Below, piece after piece: positions 14,037 to 29,452 of a DNA stretch of 64,000 nt. The position numbers and the translations under genes are program-made. The notes below the pieces were generated by a model. That model searched no databases, was not told the DNA's origin, and saw nothing but the letters and a program-made list of their open reading frames with translations. How positions within the stretch are numbered: position 1 is the stretch's first letter; each line of letters begins with the position of its first letter. Source of the stretch: Octopus vulgaris (lineage: Eukaryota). Location: the NCBI GenBank assembly GCA_951406725.2, contig OX597822.1, positions 84,568,001 to 84,632,000 of the forward strand, in the 5' to 3' direction.

Positions 14037-14362
14037 AAAGGTGCGTGGTTTACTGGTTAAGGTATTCGGTTCGCGATAGTAAGGCCGTGAGTTCGATTAC
14101 CTACAGCGTATTTTGTTCTTGAGCAAGACGCTCTATCTCACATTGTTCCAATCCACTCAGCTGGCAAAAATGAGTTGTACCAGTAATCCAAAGGGCCAAG
14201 CCTTGTCACGTTCTGTCTCACGCTGAATCTCCCTGAAAAGTATGTTAAGGGTACGTGTGTCTGTGGAATGCTCAGCCATTTGCACATTAATTTCACGAGC
14301 AGGCTGTTCCGTCGAACGGATCAACCGGAACCCTGGTCGTTATAACTGACGGAATGCCAGTC
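14037..14362 (+). mobile_element. tRNA-derived SINE family C
   Basis: tRNA-like head with GAGTTCGATT B box; core CCACTCAGCTGGCAAAAATGAG; colinear with 45698-46002. Confidence 0.85.
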
Positions 14363-15278
14363 TGTATTAGTGGGTGTCTCTTTTCCTACGAATGCATTTT
14401 TTTTTAATGTTGTCAGACAACGAATAAGAGAACAAATGCAAAAGATACATTTGGGTATAAATTCCATTTCTGAAATTCAGAACTCCATTGTTTTAAAATT
14501 GTATTTGCTACTAAACTTATTCGCTCCATTGATAATTCTAGCTTCCTTTGGTATTCAGAAATTTTGTCAAAGAAATCAAATGTCTTCATCAAATCAGACC
14601 AACCGTTTTCTTCTCTCATCCTAATTCTTCGTTCGTTCATATTTTGACGTACGTTCTCTGGTATTGTCTTCACATGTCATTATCTAAAGATATGTTAATG
14701 CAATCTAATGTGAATCTATTCTATCTATCGTGTGTATGTTTTTTACGGGTTAATATTGTCTCATCACACACACACACACGTTTATATAACACAACTGAAC
14801 GAACACACACACTCACAAACACATACTCGTAAACACACACACACACAAATACATACGCACAAACATACGAGCACTCATATATAGAAATTTGGCGGGGAGT
14901 CGGGTTGGAGATGTCTGTCTGACATGCAATGATTTATGAACTTAAATGAGGAACTAACTGATATACCAGTGAAAAACGCAGCTACAGTAGTAGTAGTAGC
15001 AGCATTAGTAATAGTAGTAGTAGTAGTCGTACCAACAACATCACATCAACATCAATAGCAGCAATACTAGAACACTGTAGATAAGATAGTTGAATCAGCA
15101 GAGCAGCGGACAAGATATATGTATATATAATGTATGCATGTATGTATGCGTGTGTGTGTGTATACATACACACATACATATATATATATAAATACATACA
15201 TACATACATATCTATATATACATACATATGTATATATGCATACATACATACATACATATATATATATATATACACACA

Positions 15279-15357
<79 letters not shown>

Positions 15358-15385
15358 TCATATATATATATGAATGTGTATATAC

Positions 15386-15451
<66 letters not shown>

Positions 15452-15604
15452 TCATATATATATATATATGAAACTGAGTAAAAGTTTTTGTGATATTTCT
15501 GCTGCTTTTCAAAAAAGCGTATTACTCTACCTCTGGTATTTGAGTACTCTTTTTTCCACCTTGTTTCACATTTATGTGCTTACTTCGGTATATATATATA
15601 TATA

Positions 15605-15880
15605 ATACAAAATGGGACAAGGACGCAAAACATCCAAATAGAGGATACAAAAAATACGGACGGGTTATTCGAAGCCGTTAATCTTCAGTCAAGAACCGGA
15701 TGATCCCCGCAATTTCGGCTGATTAATCTTGAGATTGCTCCAATCTGGCCAGCCCCAAGGAAAAACTAAGCTAAGAGCATTAGATTTCTTGGAAAAAGGA
15801 TCGAATGTATACGAAACAAGGACAGAAAAACGGACGATGTTATACGAATATAAATACCCCCTCCCAATAATACAAATATA
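15605..15880 (-). mobile_element. Short repeat next to (TA)n with GAAA...CTGAAGA motif, PLE-like end
   Basis: Minus strand AGCC-GAAA-...-CTGAAGA-TTAAC-GGCT followed by a pyrimidine-rich tail. Confidence 0.4.
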
Positions 15881-15959
15881 AAAACAAAAAACAATAATAA
15901 TACTACTACTACTAATAATACTACTAATAATAATAATAATAATAATTATTATTATTATT

Positions 15960-16148
15960 ATTTCTTTACTGCTCACAAGGGGCTAAACAGGGGGGACAAA
16001 CATGGACAGACAAAGGGATTAAGTCGATTGTATCGACCCCAGTGCGAAACTGGTACTTTTATTTATCGACTCCGAAAGGATGAAAGGCAAAGTCGACCTC
16101 GGTGTAATTTGAACTCAGAACGTAACGACAGACGAAATACCGCTAAAT
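15960..16148 (-). mobile_element. tRNA-derived SINE family A
   Basis: CCGAAAGGATGAAAGGCAAAGTCGACCTCGG...TTTGAACTCAGAACG shared with the 19405, 41181 and 57645 copies. Confidence 0.88.
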
Positions 16149-16481
16149 AACAGGACATAACAAAAGGCGTCTTTCGACTAGAAACGAATTGAATTCAGCT
16201 GGCGTATTGAGAATAAGCTTTACGGCAGACGAAAAGAACGATGTTACCGTGCCCATGGTCCGACGTAAAAGGGCTAGTCGGCCAGCGGTCACGTGAGAAG
16301 AGAAGAGAGAGAAAAAGAGGAGCCAAGGAATTAAGGAGGGGGAGAAGAAAGAGAGCGTGTAGACCGAAGAATCAAGAATATATGTGTATATATCAGGAAC
16401 GTACCGCCTTGGTAGGCAAGGTAAGCAGCGCCTCCCCTGAATAAAATAGATTGATAGTAACATTTTCCTTTTTTGGCAATA

Positions 16482-16526
<45 letters not shown>

Positions 16527-16554
16527 GTGTGTGTGTGTGTGTGTGTGTCTGTTG

Positions 16555-16609
<55 letters not shown>

Positions 16610-16789
16610 TGTACATATATATATGTACATATGTATGTATGTGTGTGTGTATGTATGTATATAGTTTTACCACAGAGGGACTATAAACTCTTGCCATTCT
16701 TTAATTTCCTATTCATCTTTTACAAGAAGACTGACCTGAGTCCGAAGTGTCGGAATTTCCTCTCATGGCAATTTCACTGTACTCTTTCC

Positions 16790-16935
16790 AATGTGTTCTA
16801 CTACTGCCTCAGGCCGACCAAAGCCTTGTAAGTGGATTTGGTAGTCGGAAACTGAAAGAATCCCGTCGTATGTATATGTATATATATATGTGTGTGCATG
16901 TTTGTATCTGTGTTTGTATCTGTGTTCGGCAAAAG
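16790..16935 (+). mobile_element. SINE family B fragment
   Basis: GCCGACCAAAGCCTTGTAAGTGGATTTGGTAGTCGGAAACTGAAAGAATCCCGTCG. Confidence 0.8.
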
Positions 16936-16944
16936 GGATCTGGT

Positions 16945-17421
16945 GTGAGTTGTCTCACTTGGCTATGATCTGCTTTCGGGTGTTTTTACACCAAAGGTAT
17001 CGAGAATATACTCTCTTACGACTATAAAATGCTGCCACGGGACAAATTGACAACGCACACACACCTCGTGTCCGACTTTGTTTATATGCCTCGAGCTGCT
17101 TCTGATTCAATTTTGAGTTTTTTTTCCATGTCATAACATGTTGGGACTTGCCTGCAGATGGTTCTTAAACCATTTAGCATATAGTCACAGCCAGTTAGAC
17201 AGCTCACAGCAAGCTCCTTTGGTCACTATAATGATGAAAATCACTACAATGATGAAACATTGATGTCTGTTTCCCCGAAAAAAAAAAAGGGACCTGTGTG
17301 AGTTGTCTCACTTGGCTATGATCTGCTTTCGGGTGTTTTTACACCAAAGGCATCGAGATTATATTCTCTTACGCCTATGAAATGCAGCCACCCGACAAAC
17401 TGACAACGCGCACACCTCGTG
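16945..17421 (-). mobile_element. Two direct copies (about 125 bp; 16945-17070 and 17296-17421) of a mariner-like end
   Basis: Near-identical TGTGAGTTGTCTCACTTGGCTATGATCTGC...; both end CACACCTCGTG (reverse complement CACGAGGTGTG, mariner-type terminus). Confidence 0.6.
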
Positions 17422-17448
17422 TATGTGTGTTCGACTTCGAATTCATAT

Positions 17449-17503
<55 letters not shown>

Positions 17504-17724
17504 GCTGCTTCAACTAATGCCAAAATCCGGTTCTCCTTGCTGCAACGCACAGATCCTAGCAGGTTAAAGATCATTTACTAAATCCAATACAACTTATCAA
17601 TTAGGTTCAATACCAATGATATCCTTATTTTATCCAGACGCAATCAATTTGATATCCACGATATCTTTTCTCATATAGTCCGACCAGCAGATATTACTTA
17701 GGGATTTGGGTTGGGAAGGTACTC

Positions 17725-17816
<92 letters not shown>

Positions 17817-18529
17817 AATAATAATAATATTTTAACATTCTATTTACAAATTGGAGGGTGGGAAATAAGTAGGAGTGTGTTTACTCAAATAGGTTAAACG
17901 TTTAGGCTTCAAATTTCGCTTAAGTTAACAAGAAATCCTCGATCGGAAATTCTTCAACGAATCCCCGCAGAGTTTTGGACTGAAGTATGATGGTTTGCTC
18001 AGAAGAATCACGCCCATCTTGAAGTCTTCAGTAATTCTAGAGACGGCAAAATTGTTCAGACTTTTGAACGGGTTGCTTAGAAAACGTTACTTCCAGAATG
18101 TAGCGGTTTTACAGAGAGAAACCTCCCTGCCATGCTTCCGGCTATTATTTGATGCGCAGCCATTTTAAACAAGTGTGTGTACAGGGATGTATATATGTAT
18201 GTATATGTGTGCGTATGAGTGTGTGTGTGTATGTGTGATTGTGTGTGTATATATATATACATGTATGATTGATATATGTATACGCATATCTACACTCACA
18301 CACACACAAATGAGTTAGCAACTTTCTTTTGAAGTTTTCTTAATTTCTCAGTAATTACTAGTGTTGTTAATATTGTTAGTCTTCTTGTGGCTATTGTTGT
18401 TGTTGTTGTTGTCGTTGTTGATGACAGTGTTGTTTATGTTTTTGCTATAATGGTGGAGGTCCCAGCAGTGTTGGTGAAGGTGGGGATGAAGAGGTAGAGC
18501 AGGAGATTAGAGACAGCTTATGATGATGG

Positions 18530-18815
18530 TGGGGAGTGGTGGCGGTAGTGATGGTGATTGCGGCTGTGGTGGTGGCGTTGGTGGTGTTAGCAGTGGCAGC
18601 AACGGCGATAGTGGTGGTGGTGGTGTTAGAGTTGGTGGTGATTGCAGCGGCGGCGGCAGTGATGGTGACGGTGGAGGTGGTGTTGGTGGTGATGGTGGTG
18701 GCGTTGGTGGTAATTGCAGCGGCGGCGGCGGTGATGGTGATGGTGATAGTGAGGTTAGTGGTAGTGATGGTGATGGTGGTGATGGTAGTAAAGATGGTCG
18801 TGGTGGTGGTGGTGC
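18530..18815. repeat. (GGT/GGC/GAT)n low-complexity trinucleotide tract
   Basis: Direct reading. Confidence 0.9.
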
Positions 18816-19404
18816 TAGATGTGCTGGGTTTTGCTTTTCATACGCTGGTACCGTTTAATGCTTCATCCGTGTATACGTATGATATGCATACGTGTATATA
18901 TATATACATGCATACATATGAAATTTATTCTTAAATACACACACACATATATATAGATGATAGATGTATGTGTGTATGTGTGCCTGTATGTATGCAAGAG
19001 TGAGTCTATATGTGGATATTTATGAATACTTGTACGCATGTGTATATATCTATAGGCGTGTGCTTACCTCCGTATGCCTGCATCTATACGTGTGTGTATG
19101 AGTACTTACATACATGCGTACATAAGCACATTATATATATACATATATATCGTTGCTATTATGTTAAACTGTCGTATGTCCAAATTTGGTTAAACACGTT
19201 TTTTTCAATATTTTATTTTACTTGTAATAGCCGGTTCTTTTGCTTCAGATGCCAATATATGAACATTGTCAAAGCGTAGTACAACGGTTTAGCATTTTTC
19301 AAAAGTGTAGTAAGTCCCACATACGACAGTTTTGCAAAAATATTTCTGACTGAAAATATCATACATGCATGGAGTTACGATTATATGCTTCCAGCAAAGT
19401 ATTA

Positions 19405-19620
19405 TTCTTTTCTACTCTAGGCACAAGGTCCAACATTTTTGAAGAGTAGGGCCAGTCGATTAGATTGAACCCAGTACGCAATAGGTACTTAATTTATCGA
19501 CCACAAATGGATGAAAGGTAAAGTCGACCTCGGCAGAATTTGAACTCAGAATGTAAAGACAGACGAAATACTGCTAAGCAATTCGCCCGGCGTGCTAACG
19601 TTTTCCCAACCGCCTTCCCA
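19405..19620 (-). mobile_element. SINE family A variant
   Basis: GATGAAAGGTAAAGTCGACCTCGGCAGAATTTGAACTCAGA. Confidence 0.85.
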
Positions 19621-19722
19621 ACAAAGTATTATTGTTAAGCTGAAACTTGCTAATGTAAAAAGAAATGGAATGGTGAAAAAAAAGCAACGTTCTGGACTTA
19701 CGATACTTTTGCATAATAGCAA

Positions 19723-19816
<94 letters not shown>

Positions 19817-19817
<1 letters not shown>

Positions 19818-20206
19818 TTACTAAGTCTCTCTAAAGGAGATTACGGCAGCGTTATTATTAATAGTTATCACCATACTAATATGGCAGTCTATAAATATAA
19901 GACTAAAGCTGTCGCTGATTAGCTCCAAGAGGCCATCGCCTCTAGCTAGCTATATGACACACGAACCTGCGTCCATTACAACCTTCGAACAAGTCTGACT
20001 AGCAAGGTGAAGTGGCTGACCTCCCTTGTTCGAAGGTTGTAATGGACGCAGGTTCGTGTGTCATATAGCTAGCTAGAGGCGATGGCCTCTTGGAAGTTAA
20101 TCAGCGACAGCTTTAGTCTTATATTTATAGACTGCCATATTAGTATGGCGATAACTATTAATATCCAGTAACGCTGCTGTAATCTCCTTTAGAGAGACTT
20201 AGTAAT
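19817..20206. mobile_element. Fold-back element in (TA)n: about 177-bp arms, 31-bp spacer
   Basis: 19817-19993 is the reverse complement of 20025-20206 with few mismatches. Confidence 0.88.
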
Positions 20207-20214
20207 ATATATAT

Positions 20215-20582
20215 CTTTTATCTTTTACTTGTGAAACATTTGACTGCGGCCATGCTGGGGCACTGCCTTGAAGAACTTTTAATCGAATATCTTGACCCCA
20301 GTTCTATTTTAATCCTGGGACTTATTCTATCGGTTCATTTTGCCGGAACACTAAGTTACACCCGTTGTCAAATGGTGATGGGGAACTAACCCAGACACAG
20401 ACACAGATATATATACATACGACGGGCTGCTTTCAGTTTCCGTCTACCAAATCCATTCACGAGGCATTGGTTGGCCCGAGCCTATAAAAAAAGACACTTG
20501 TCCAAGGTACCACGTAGTGCGACTGAACCCGGAACCATATGGCTGGGAAGCAAGTTTCTTACCACACAGCCACGCCGGCGCA
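20215..20582 (-). mobile_element. SINE family B
   Basis: Tail TGACTGCGGCCATGCTGG, middle TTCAGTTTCCGTCTACCAAATCC, head GACTGAACCCGGAACCAT. Confidence 0.88.
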
Positions 20583-20636
20583 TGTGCGTATATATATATA
20601 TGTATATGTGTGTGTGTGTGTATGTATTTATGTAAT

Positions 20637-21096
20637 GACTAAAGAAAATGGCCTAATATTGGGGCATATAAGCCCTCGACGGAATAAAAGTAGTGTTTCC
20701 GTATACATGGGATTCGAACCCACAACCCTTTGTTTTTCGTGACAGGTGTGTTACTATTACACTAACGTACCCCTGGTTTCTATCCATCAGATTTAAGAAC
20801 TATAATTAGTTCATAGTGTTGCTTTTTGTAAACAGACATCATGTACGTTTTTCTGCGATGGTTTTTGATAAGCAGTGTCGAGTTTTACAATTCTGTAAAT
20901 GATAATAATGATATTTTATAAGCTTAAAGCGTATAAGCGATCACCAACACTATGGAAGAAGCCGGGGGTACGTTGGCATAATGGTAACACATCGCGAAAA
21001 CAAAGAGCTGTGAATTCGAGTCCCATGCGTACGGAAACCTTACTTTTCTCCGTCGAGGGCTTATATGCCCCAATATTAGACTGCTTTCTTTAAGTC
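20637..21096. mobile_element. Divergent inverted pair of tRNA-headed short elements (about 20637-20790 minus, 20950-21096 plus)
   Basis: Arms are imperfect reverse complements; plus arm has A box TGGCATAATGG and B-box-like AATTCGAGTCCC. Confidence 0.75.
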
Positions 21097-21757
21097 CTTA
21101 CACGGTGATCGCTTTAGTTATTACACGAGTCAATCAGATAGGTTTGTCAAACTCCTTTCGCCACTATTCGTGACCTCATCAATGACGCGCCTTCTTTACT
21201 CCAAGTCTGTTTCGAGGTTTTCAGACAATGAATCTGAACAGCTAACATACTCTTTACAAATACGATCTGTAAGTGAAACAGTAAAAATATGTAAGACTTT
21301 TCTAAAGTTTAACATACAAGGGGGGGGGGACCCCTAAAGAAACCCGAATTTTGCAATATTATTTTATTCACTTAGTTTTACTTGTTTATACTTTTATCGT
21401 ATAGCATTTTTCGTTTTTTTTTTTATATCGAAATTACAACAGAGGGGGCTGCTTTGTCTCTTTGTCAGAAACCAGCTCCCTCTTATACGAAGAATTCAAA
21501 TAATTAAAAAAAAAGTAAGAAAGATATATATATATATATACATACGTGGTAGACCACCCAGGGGGGATATAGTTATGCATATATCGCAATCATCGGCCAT
21601 GGCGAAGTAATCGGATGATTACGTTCTTTTACATGTGTTACACTAATTCTAAAGAAGTCTGTTATAAATAAATATAGTAGTTCTGTGAAACAGCCAGGTA
21701 CGTACACACACGTACGAACATACACATGGGCATAGAGACATAAGCATACGCACATAT

Positions 21758-21795
<38 letters not shown>

Positions 21796-21798
21796 ACG

Positions 21799-21830
<32 letters not shown>

Positions 21831-21875
21831 CACACGCACACACACAAACATACACAGACACACGCACACACACAA

Positions 21876-21955
<80 letters not shown>

Positions 21956-22387
21956 ACACACAAACACACAAAACACAAGCAGAGACACATATGAAGACAA
22001 TGACACATAGAAATGCATATAAGTACTAGAAAAAAAGTAAATATAAATACGTACATAGAAGCATACAAACATACAAACAAAAATAATGCACGGCAAATAT
22101 GCATGAAGAGTTCACATATCAAACACAAACCGACTCATCATCATCATGGTTGTTTATGGTTTTGTTCACAACGGATTTCATATTTTCTTCTCTGTCTGTT
22201 CATCTGTTTGTGTATCTGTCTAACTGCGCGCGCACACACACACACACGCACACATGTATCTTTATCTGTCCATCTCTACCTGTCTATCTTACTAGATATC
22301 AAACATGCATACACAGACACAGACAGTCACACACACCACACACACAATATATATATATGATATATAAAATATACATACATATTTATG

Positions 22388-22444
<57 letters not shown>

Positions 22445-22445
22445 G

Positions 22446-22555
<110 letters not shown>

Positions 22556-22583
22556 ATATCTATCTATTTATAATATATATGAT

Positions 22584-22614
<31 letters not shown>

Positions 22615-22684
22615 CTTATACACCTCTCTTTCTCCTTCTCTGACTGTCTGTCTGTCTGTCTCTCTCTCTATATATATATATATG

Positions 22685-23170
22685 TTAAATAAAATGAGAC
22701 AACAAAACGAAGGCTGTGTGGAATTTATAGGACGTTTATAAAAAGAAAGGTAGACTTACACCTGTTTCTGGGATGTGAGGAATATCTCTTCATCAGAGAC
22801 GATATGAGAGAGTTAACTAGAGGAAAATAATAGACCTCAATATTATTTGAGTTATTTTGGAAAAGAATGGGAATAAGAAGTAAAAAAAGGGAATAAGAGA
22901 ATAAAAATAAAAGTAAAAATATATGTAGGATGTTACAGTTGTAGTTCCATTATCCAAGGAAAGTGAAGTGTAGACTGGGTAGAAATGCTTCTTGTCCATG
23001 GTGTGTAAATTCCCGTTGGAGTTCATATTTTGTTATTACAAATGGATAGTGTGGAGACATGAATTCGATGTGCTGTTCATTCAAAGGGGTCTTGTGGTGT
23101 GAATGAAATTTTGAGAGAGTACTGGTAGGGGTGAGTAGATAGAGAAAAGAGAATAGATTGAATACATATC
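22685..23170 (-). mobile_element. PLE-like 3' end with degenerate HHR (22752-22800)
   Basis: Minus strand TCT-CTGATGA-A-GAGAT...ATCCCA-GAAAC-AGGT-GTA; ends in (TA)n. Confidence 0.55.
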
Positions 23171-23252
23171 TATTTTCTTTTCTTTCTCTTTCTCTCTCTC
23201 TCTCTCTCTCTCATTAAAGGTAATGCTAATGCTACTTACTAACAATCCTTAC

Positions 23253-24841
<1,589 letters not shown>

Positions 24842-25050
24842 AACTGGATCTCCTCCTATAAAGAGTTGCGGATGAACCTACCTCACGGCAGGAAATGCAT
24901 AGGAGGGCAGCAGCAACGAACTTCCTCATTCACCAAATGCCACATAACAGCGGAGGTTTCAAGTACTGAATGTGTAGCAAAGCTAACGGTGGTGCTCCAG
25001 CATGACCGTAGCTCTCGAGTTGAAACTAGTTAACGAATGTTATATATATG

Positions 25051-25082
<32 letters not shown>

Positions 25083-25195
25083 CGTATGCATGTATTAGTA
25101 ATTATGTTGTTAGTACGGGAGGACGAAGACACTCATTACGCATGTCATATATGTGCTTGCGTGTGTGTGTGTATATATATATATATGTACGCGCG

Positions 25196-25250
<55 letters not shown>

Positions 25251-25379
25251 CTGGGATTAATTTAGTAAAGAATTGATAAACGACGAGCATCTTGAAGAAA
25301 TTTAAATATCACCATGACACCATTAGAATTAGCTTCAATATTGTTAATGTTTATCAATGTCAGATTCGATTTGCCAAAA

Positions 25380-25485
25380 GGTGCTTCCCAACCTCATGGC
25401 TCTGGGCTCAATCTCTACTATGTTCTCGGACCGATTAAAGCCTTGTGAGTGGATTAGGTAGACGGAAACTGAAAGAAGCCCGTCG
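25380..25485 (+). mobile_element. SINE family B fragment
   Basis: AAAGCCTTGTGAGTGGATTAGGTAGACGGAAACTGAAAGAAGCCCGTCG. Confidence 0.75.
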
Positions 25486-25842
25486 TTCGGGTTCCAGCAT
25501 TATCATTTTACGTATCTATTTCATTTTTATCCTTTCTTTCATTTTGTCATTTACTTTTAAATTTCTTCATAGCCCAACCGTCCCTTTGAACTCGTTATCT
25601 TTCCTATCTTAGCTTGCCGGGACCAAAAGTCACTTGGAAATGTTCGGGTTTTCCCAAGAACCATCTAATTGAGATTTATTGCGTGTGTCCCCTTCCTTTA
25701 CCTATTCCCTCCCATCCCCATAGGTCTTTAGCCAGCAGCTGTCCATTCCTTCTTTGCACATTTCTCAAATCATCGCTATCGTCAATAGCAAAACCATTGA
25801 TTCGCTTCCGAACCTTATCTTCATTCTGTCTTTTAATGCTGT

Positions 25843-26050
25843 CAGGCGGAGAGCTGACAGAATCGTTTGCACGCTTTGCGGCAGTTCTTCTAGTTTTATG
25901 TTATGAGTTCAAATGCTGCTGAGAAAGACTTTACTTTTCATCATTTCGGGGGTCGATAAAATAAGTACCAGTTGAGTATTGGGGTCGATGCAATCGACTT
26001 ACCTCCTCTCCACCGAAATTGCTGGCCTTGTGCCAAAATTTGAAACCATT
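25843..26050 (+). mobile_element. SINE family A variant
   Basis: GGCGGAGAGCTGACAGAATCG...GAGTTCAAAT...GGGGTCGATAAAATAAGTACCAG. Confidence 0.8.
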
Positions 26051-26089
26051 ATTACTATTGGTTGTTCTGCCTACATTTTACTATCCTCC

Positions 26090-26153
<64 letters not shown>

Positions 26154-26278
26154 TCATTCATTCATTCATTCATTCATTCATTCGTTCTTCCTTTCTTTCC
26201 TTCTTTCTTTCTTTCTTTCTTTCTTTCTTTCCTTCTTTCATTCATTCATTCATTCATTCATTCTTTCTTTCTTCCTTC

Positions 26279-26317
<39 letters not shown>

Positions 26318-26409
26318 TCCTTCCTTCCTTCATTCATTCATTCTTTCTTCCGTCATTCCTTTCTTTCTTTCTTTCTTTCTTTCCTTCCTTCCTTCCTTCA
26401 TTCATTCAT

Positions 26410-26468
<59 letters not shown>
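26090..26468. repeat. (TTTC)n/(TTCA)n pyrimidine-rich tract
   Basis: Direct reading. Confidence 0.95.
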
Positions 26469-27329
26469 ACATCATTGTGTCTCTTCAGCCAAAGCTATGA
26501 TACAGACTAATGAATCTAACAAGAGTTTGTGCCTTTTGTTTCTAAATCCAGCAGACAAACTATTCGTTGAGGCTTACTGATGTTTGCCAACGATAAACTA
26601 TGAGAATCAGAACGGTGACATACATAGTCATCCTTAATACGTTTCGGTATATTCGAACGTGAACGTGCTAATCGCTCTTGAATCTCGTCACTGGAAAATA
26701 ACTTTCTTTAGATTCCACTCAGATGAAAAAAACCTCAGACCCAGGTCTTCGATCCTAGGATGTATCAGTATTTTTCATCAACTTCTTTCCTACAGCAGCA
26801 AGCCATGAACTTCTTCCTTTTTTTTCACGCAATAATCTCAGAGGTAATGAAGAAAAGTCAAGGGTGCTTCTCATTATCTCCTTACTAAGATTAACCACAC
26901 CCTAGTTCTTCCATAAAACAAACACTATCAATTGCATACGGTGACAGAGATTATGTAAACATAAATGGATCTCTGTCGGTTCCCACGATGAGTATTCGGT
27001 TGTTTGATCAACTGAATTGCTCATTGGATGAGCGTGTAGATGGCTGAGTGTTTCACAGACATCATTTGTGCTTTACTTGTTTCAGTCATAAGACTATAGT
27101 CATACTGGAGCAAACTTTTTTTTATTTTGTGTAACTTTCAAAACAAATCACTATGTCCAATCAATAATCAGTGCCTAAAGAAAAACATAATGTGTAAGGG
27201 CCCCATTACTACACTTGGTAAAGAACATGTTTACATTAGCGAGTCCTCTTTCATATTCAAACTTCGTTGAATAATCACAAGTCTCCCATCAAGGCATAAA
27301 AATAAGGCTAAGCGTATATATATATATAT

Positions 27330-27668
27330 ATGTGGGGACCTCCTTCGGTCATGATTGACCATGGGATTGAACCTAGAAAGTTACCCTCCCAGGCACAAGT
27401 CCAGGCAAGGTTGTTTATAGAAGACCAGCAGTCACTCATGCATAGCAACCTCCCCTCTCCACGCCACCAATGTTATCCAAGGGAAAAGCAAAGGTCGATA
27501 TGGCTTGGCACCTGTGACGTCGCAACTCATTTCTACAGCTGAGTGAAATAGAGCAACGTGAAATAAAGTGTCTTGTTCAAGAACACAACACACAGCCTGG
27601 TCAGGGATTCGAACTCACAACCTCACGATCGTAAGCTCGACACTCTAACCACTGAGCCATGCGCCTTC
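27330..27668 (-). mobile_element. tRNA-derived SINE with family C core and a different tail
   Basis: Minus strand GGCGCATGGCTCAGTGGTTAGAG...GAGTTCGAATCC; core CACTCAGCTGTAGAAATGAG. Confidence 0.85.
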
Positions 27669-28207
27669 ACATATATATACACGAAAGAATTAAAAAACAC
27701 ACACAGACTAACACACACGCATATACACGCGCACACGCTCAGACACACACACGCACGCATGTACTTAGTTTCTTCAAGATTAATACGTTGTATGAACAAC
27801 GTATTTTGGTTGTGTTGTTGATGTGCGTGCGGGATTGTCGAAATCTTTAATCTCTTCTGTTGACGTTTTTTTTAAAAATCTTCGCTGACTTTGTGTAAAG
27901 GTTTACAGTTTCTTGAAGTTAGGTTGTCTCCTTGTCTCGAAAGACTCGTCCACTAAGATTTTAGACTCATTAAAACACCGAAATGTTTATCCCAAACCAG
28001 TCTGTCCACCTGTGTAATTCTTTTGGTGAGTTTTAAAATATCAATTTGTTTATATTGTATTTGTTACCTTATTTCTTGTTATTTTACTTAAATTAAGGAT
28101 GGTAAATTCCTTAATTTTCTCCCTGGTACCTCAAATTAATTGATTTCATGACATTCATAAGGGAAATGGTATTTTTCTAAAATGCATGGCACCACAATAT
28201 GTCTTTG

Positions 28208-28428
28208 CTCTTTTATTCTTCTATTTGTTTCAGTCATTTGACTGCGGCCATGCTAGAGCACCACTTTTAATCGAACAAATCGACTCCAGGACTTTGTAAG
28301 CGTAGTACTTATTCTATCGGTTCCTTTCGCCAAACCGCTATGTTACAGGGACGTAAACACACCAGCATCGGTTTCAAGCGATGTTGGGGGACAAACACAG
28401 ACACACAAACATATACATACATACATAC

Positions 28429-28459
<31 letters not shown>

Positions 28460-28533
28460 TGTATGTATGTATGTATATATGTATGTATGTATGTATATAC
28501 GTACCTACACACACACACACACACACACGCATA

Positions 28534-28597
<64 letters not shown>

Positions 28598-28761
28598 CGA
28601 CAGGGTTCTTTCAGTTTCCGTCTCCCAAATCTACTCACAAGGCTTTGGTCGGCTGGAGGCTATAGTAGAAGACACTTGCACAAGGTGCCATGCAGTGGGA
28701 CTGAACCCGGAACCATGTGCTTGGTAAGCAAACTACTTACCACACAGCCACTCCTGCGCCT
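28208..28761 (-). mobile_element. Full-length SINE family B with internal microsatellite
   Basis: Head AGGCGCAGGAGTGGCTGTGTGGTAAG...GGGTTCAGTCCC; tail CAGTCAAATGACTGAAAC. Confidence 0.92.
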
Positions 28762-29151
28762 ACTTTACTTTTACTGACCAAATCAATGGAATTTTGTCTA
28801 CTTTTGGCCTTCCATACATTGTAAATATAAAAAATGAATTTTGTGTGTATATTTAGAGTTGAACTGTTTCTGTAACCATGATATATTGGTAATCTAATGA
28901 GCTAGTTTCTTTCACTTGCATTAACTTGTGAACATAAAATTGGATTGTATAATGCTGAGCAGACATATTAATGTAAACATGTATGCAGAATTTCTTATAT
29001 ACTGAAATTAATGCTAAATGAAAAAGGCTGCGAAACGGTTGTAATCACATGAATGTCATGTAGTTAAATAAATTTACCTTCACTTCTCACACCTCCCGAC
29101 TTTATGCTTTATATATATATATTTATACACATACATACATACATACATACA

Positions 29152-29185
<34 letters not shown>

Positions 29186-29234
29186 CATACATACATACAT
29201 ATATACATACATACATACATACATACATATGTAT

Positions 29235-29430
29235 AGTGGGAATTTACAAAGAAATAAAAGACGAAGACGGGTGTGTAAACAGCAAACAGATGTATAAGTT
29301 TAACGATCCGGAAGTGAGAAAGTCTTTTACGTTTCGAGCCTACGCTCTTCGACAAGGAACACAGAAATAAACAGGGAGAGAAAATGAAAAAAAATCAGGT
29401 TTAGTGGCTTGCGATCTGTCATGGCGAAAT
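29235..29430 (-). mobile_element. Short PLE-like element with variant HHR-like motif
   Basis: Minus strand TTGTCGA-A-GAGCGTAGGCTC-GAAAC-GTA; homologous to 935-1100 and 43390-43543. Confidence 0.7.
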
Positions 29431-29452
29431 ATATATATACATATACGCGTGT

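Noticed and set aside
14413-14673. 86-aa non-repetitive ORF as a host exon
   Set aside because: No recognisable motif or splice context
17520-17725. Further R4-like 3' remnants near (ATT)n (also about 41890 and 42720)
   Set aside because: Similarity too weak to support by eye
18520-18934. Gly-rich and Val-rich ORFs
   Set aside because: Explained by a (GGT)n-type low-complexity tract; no splice or homology support
19910-19960. HHR call in the 19817 hairpin (CTGATTA...)
   Set aside because: No GAAA segment and no NUH with a matching stem; left as an unknown module
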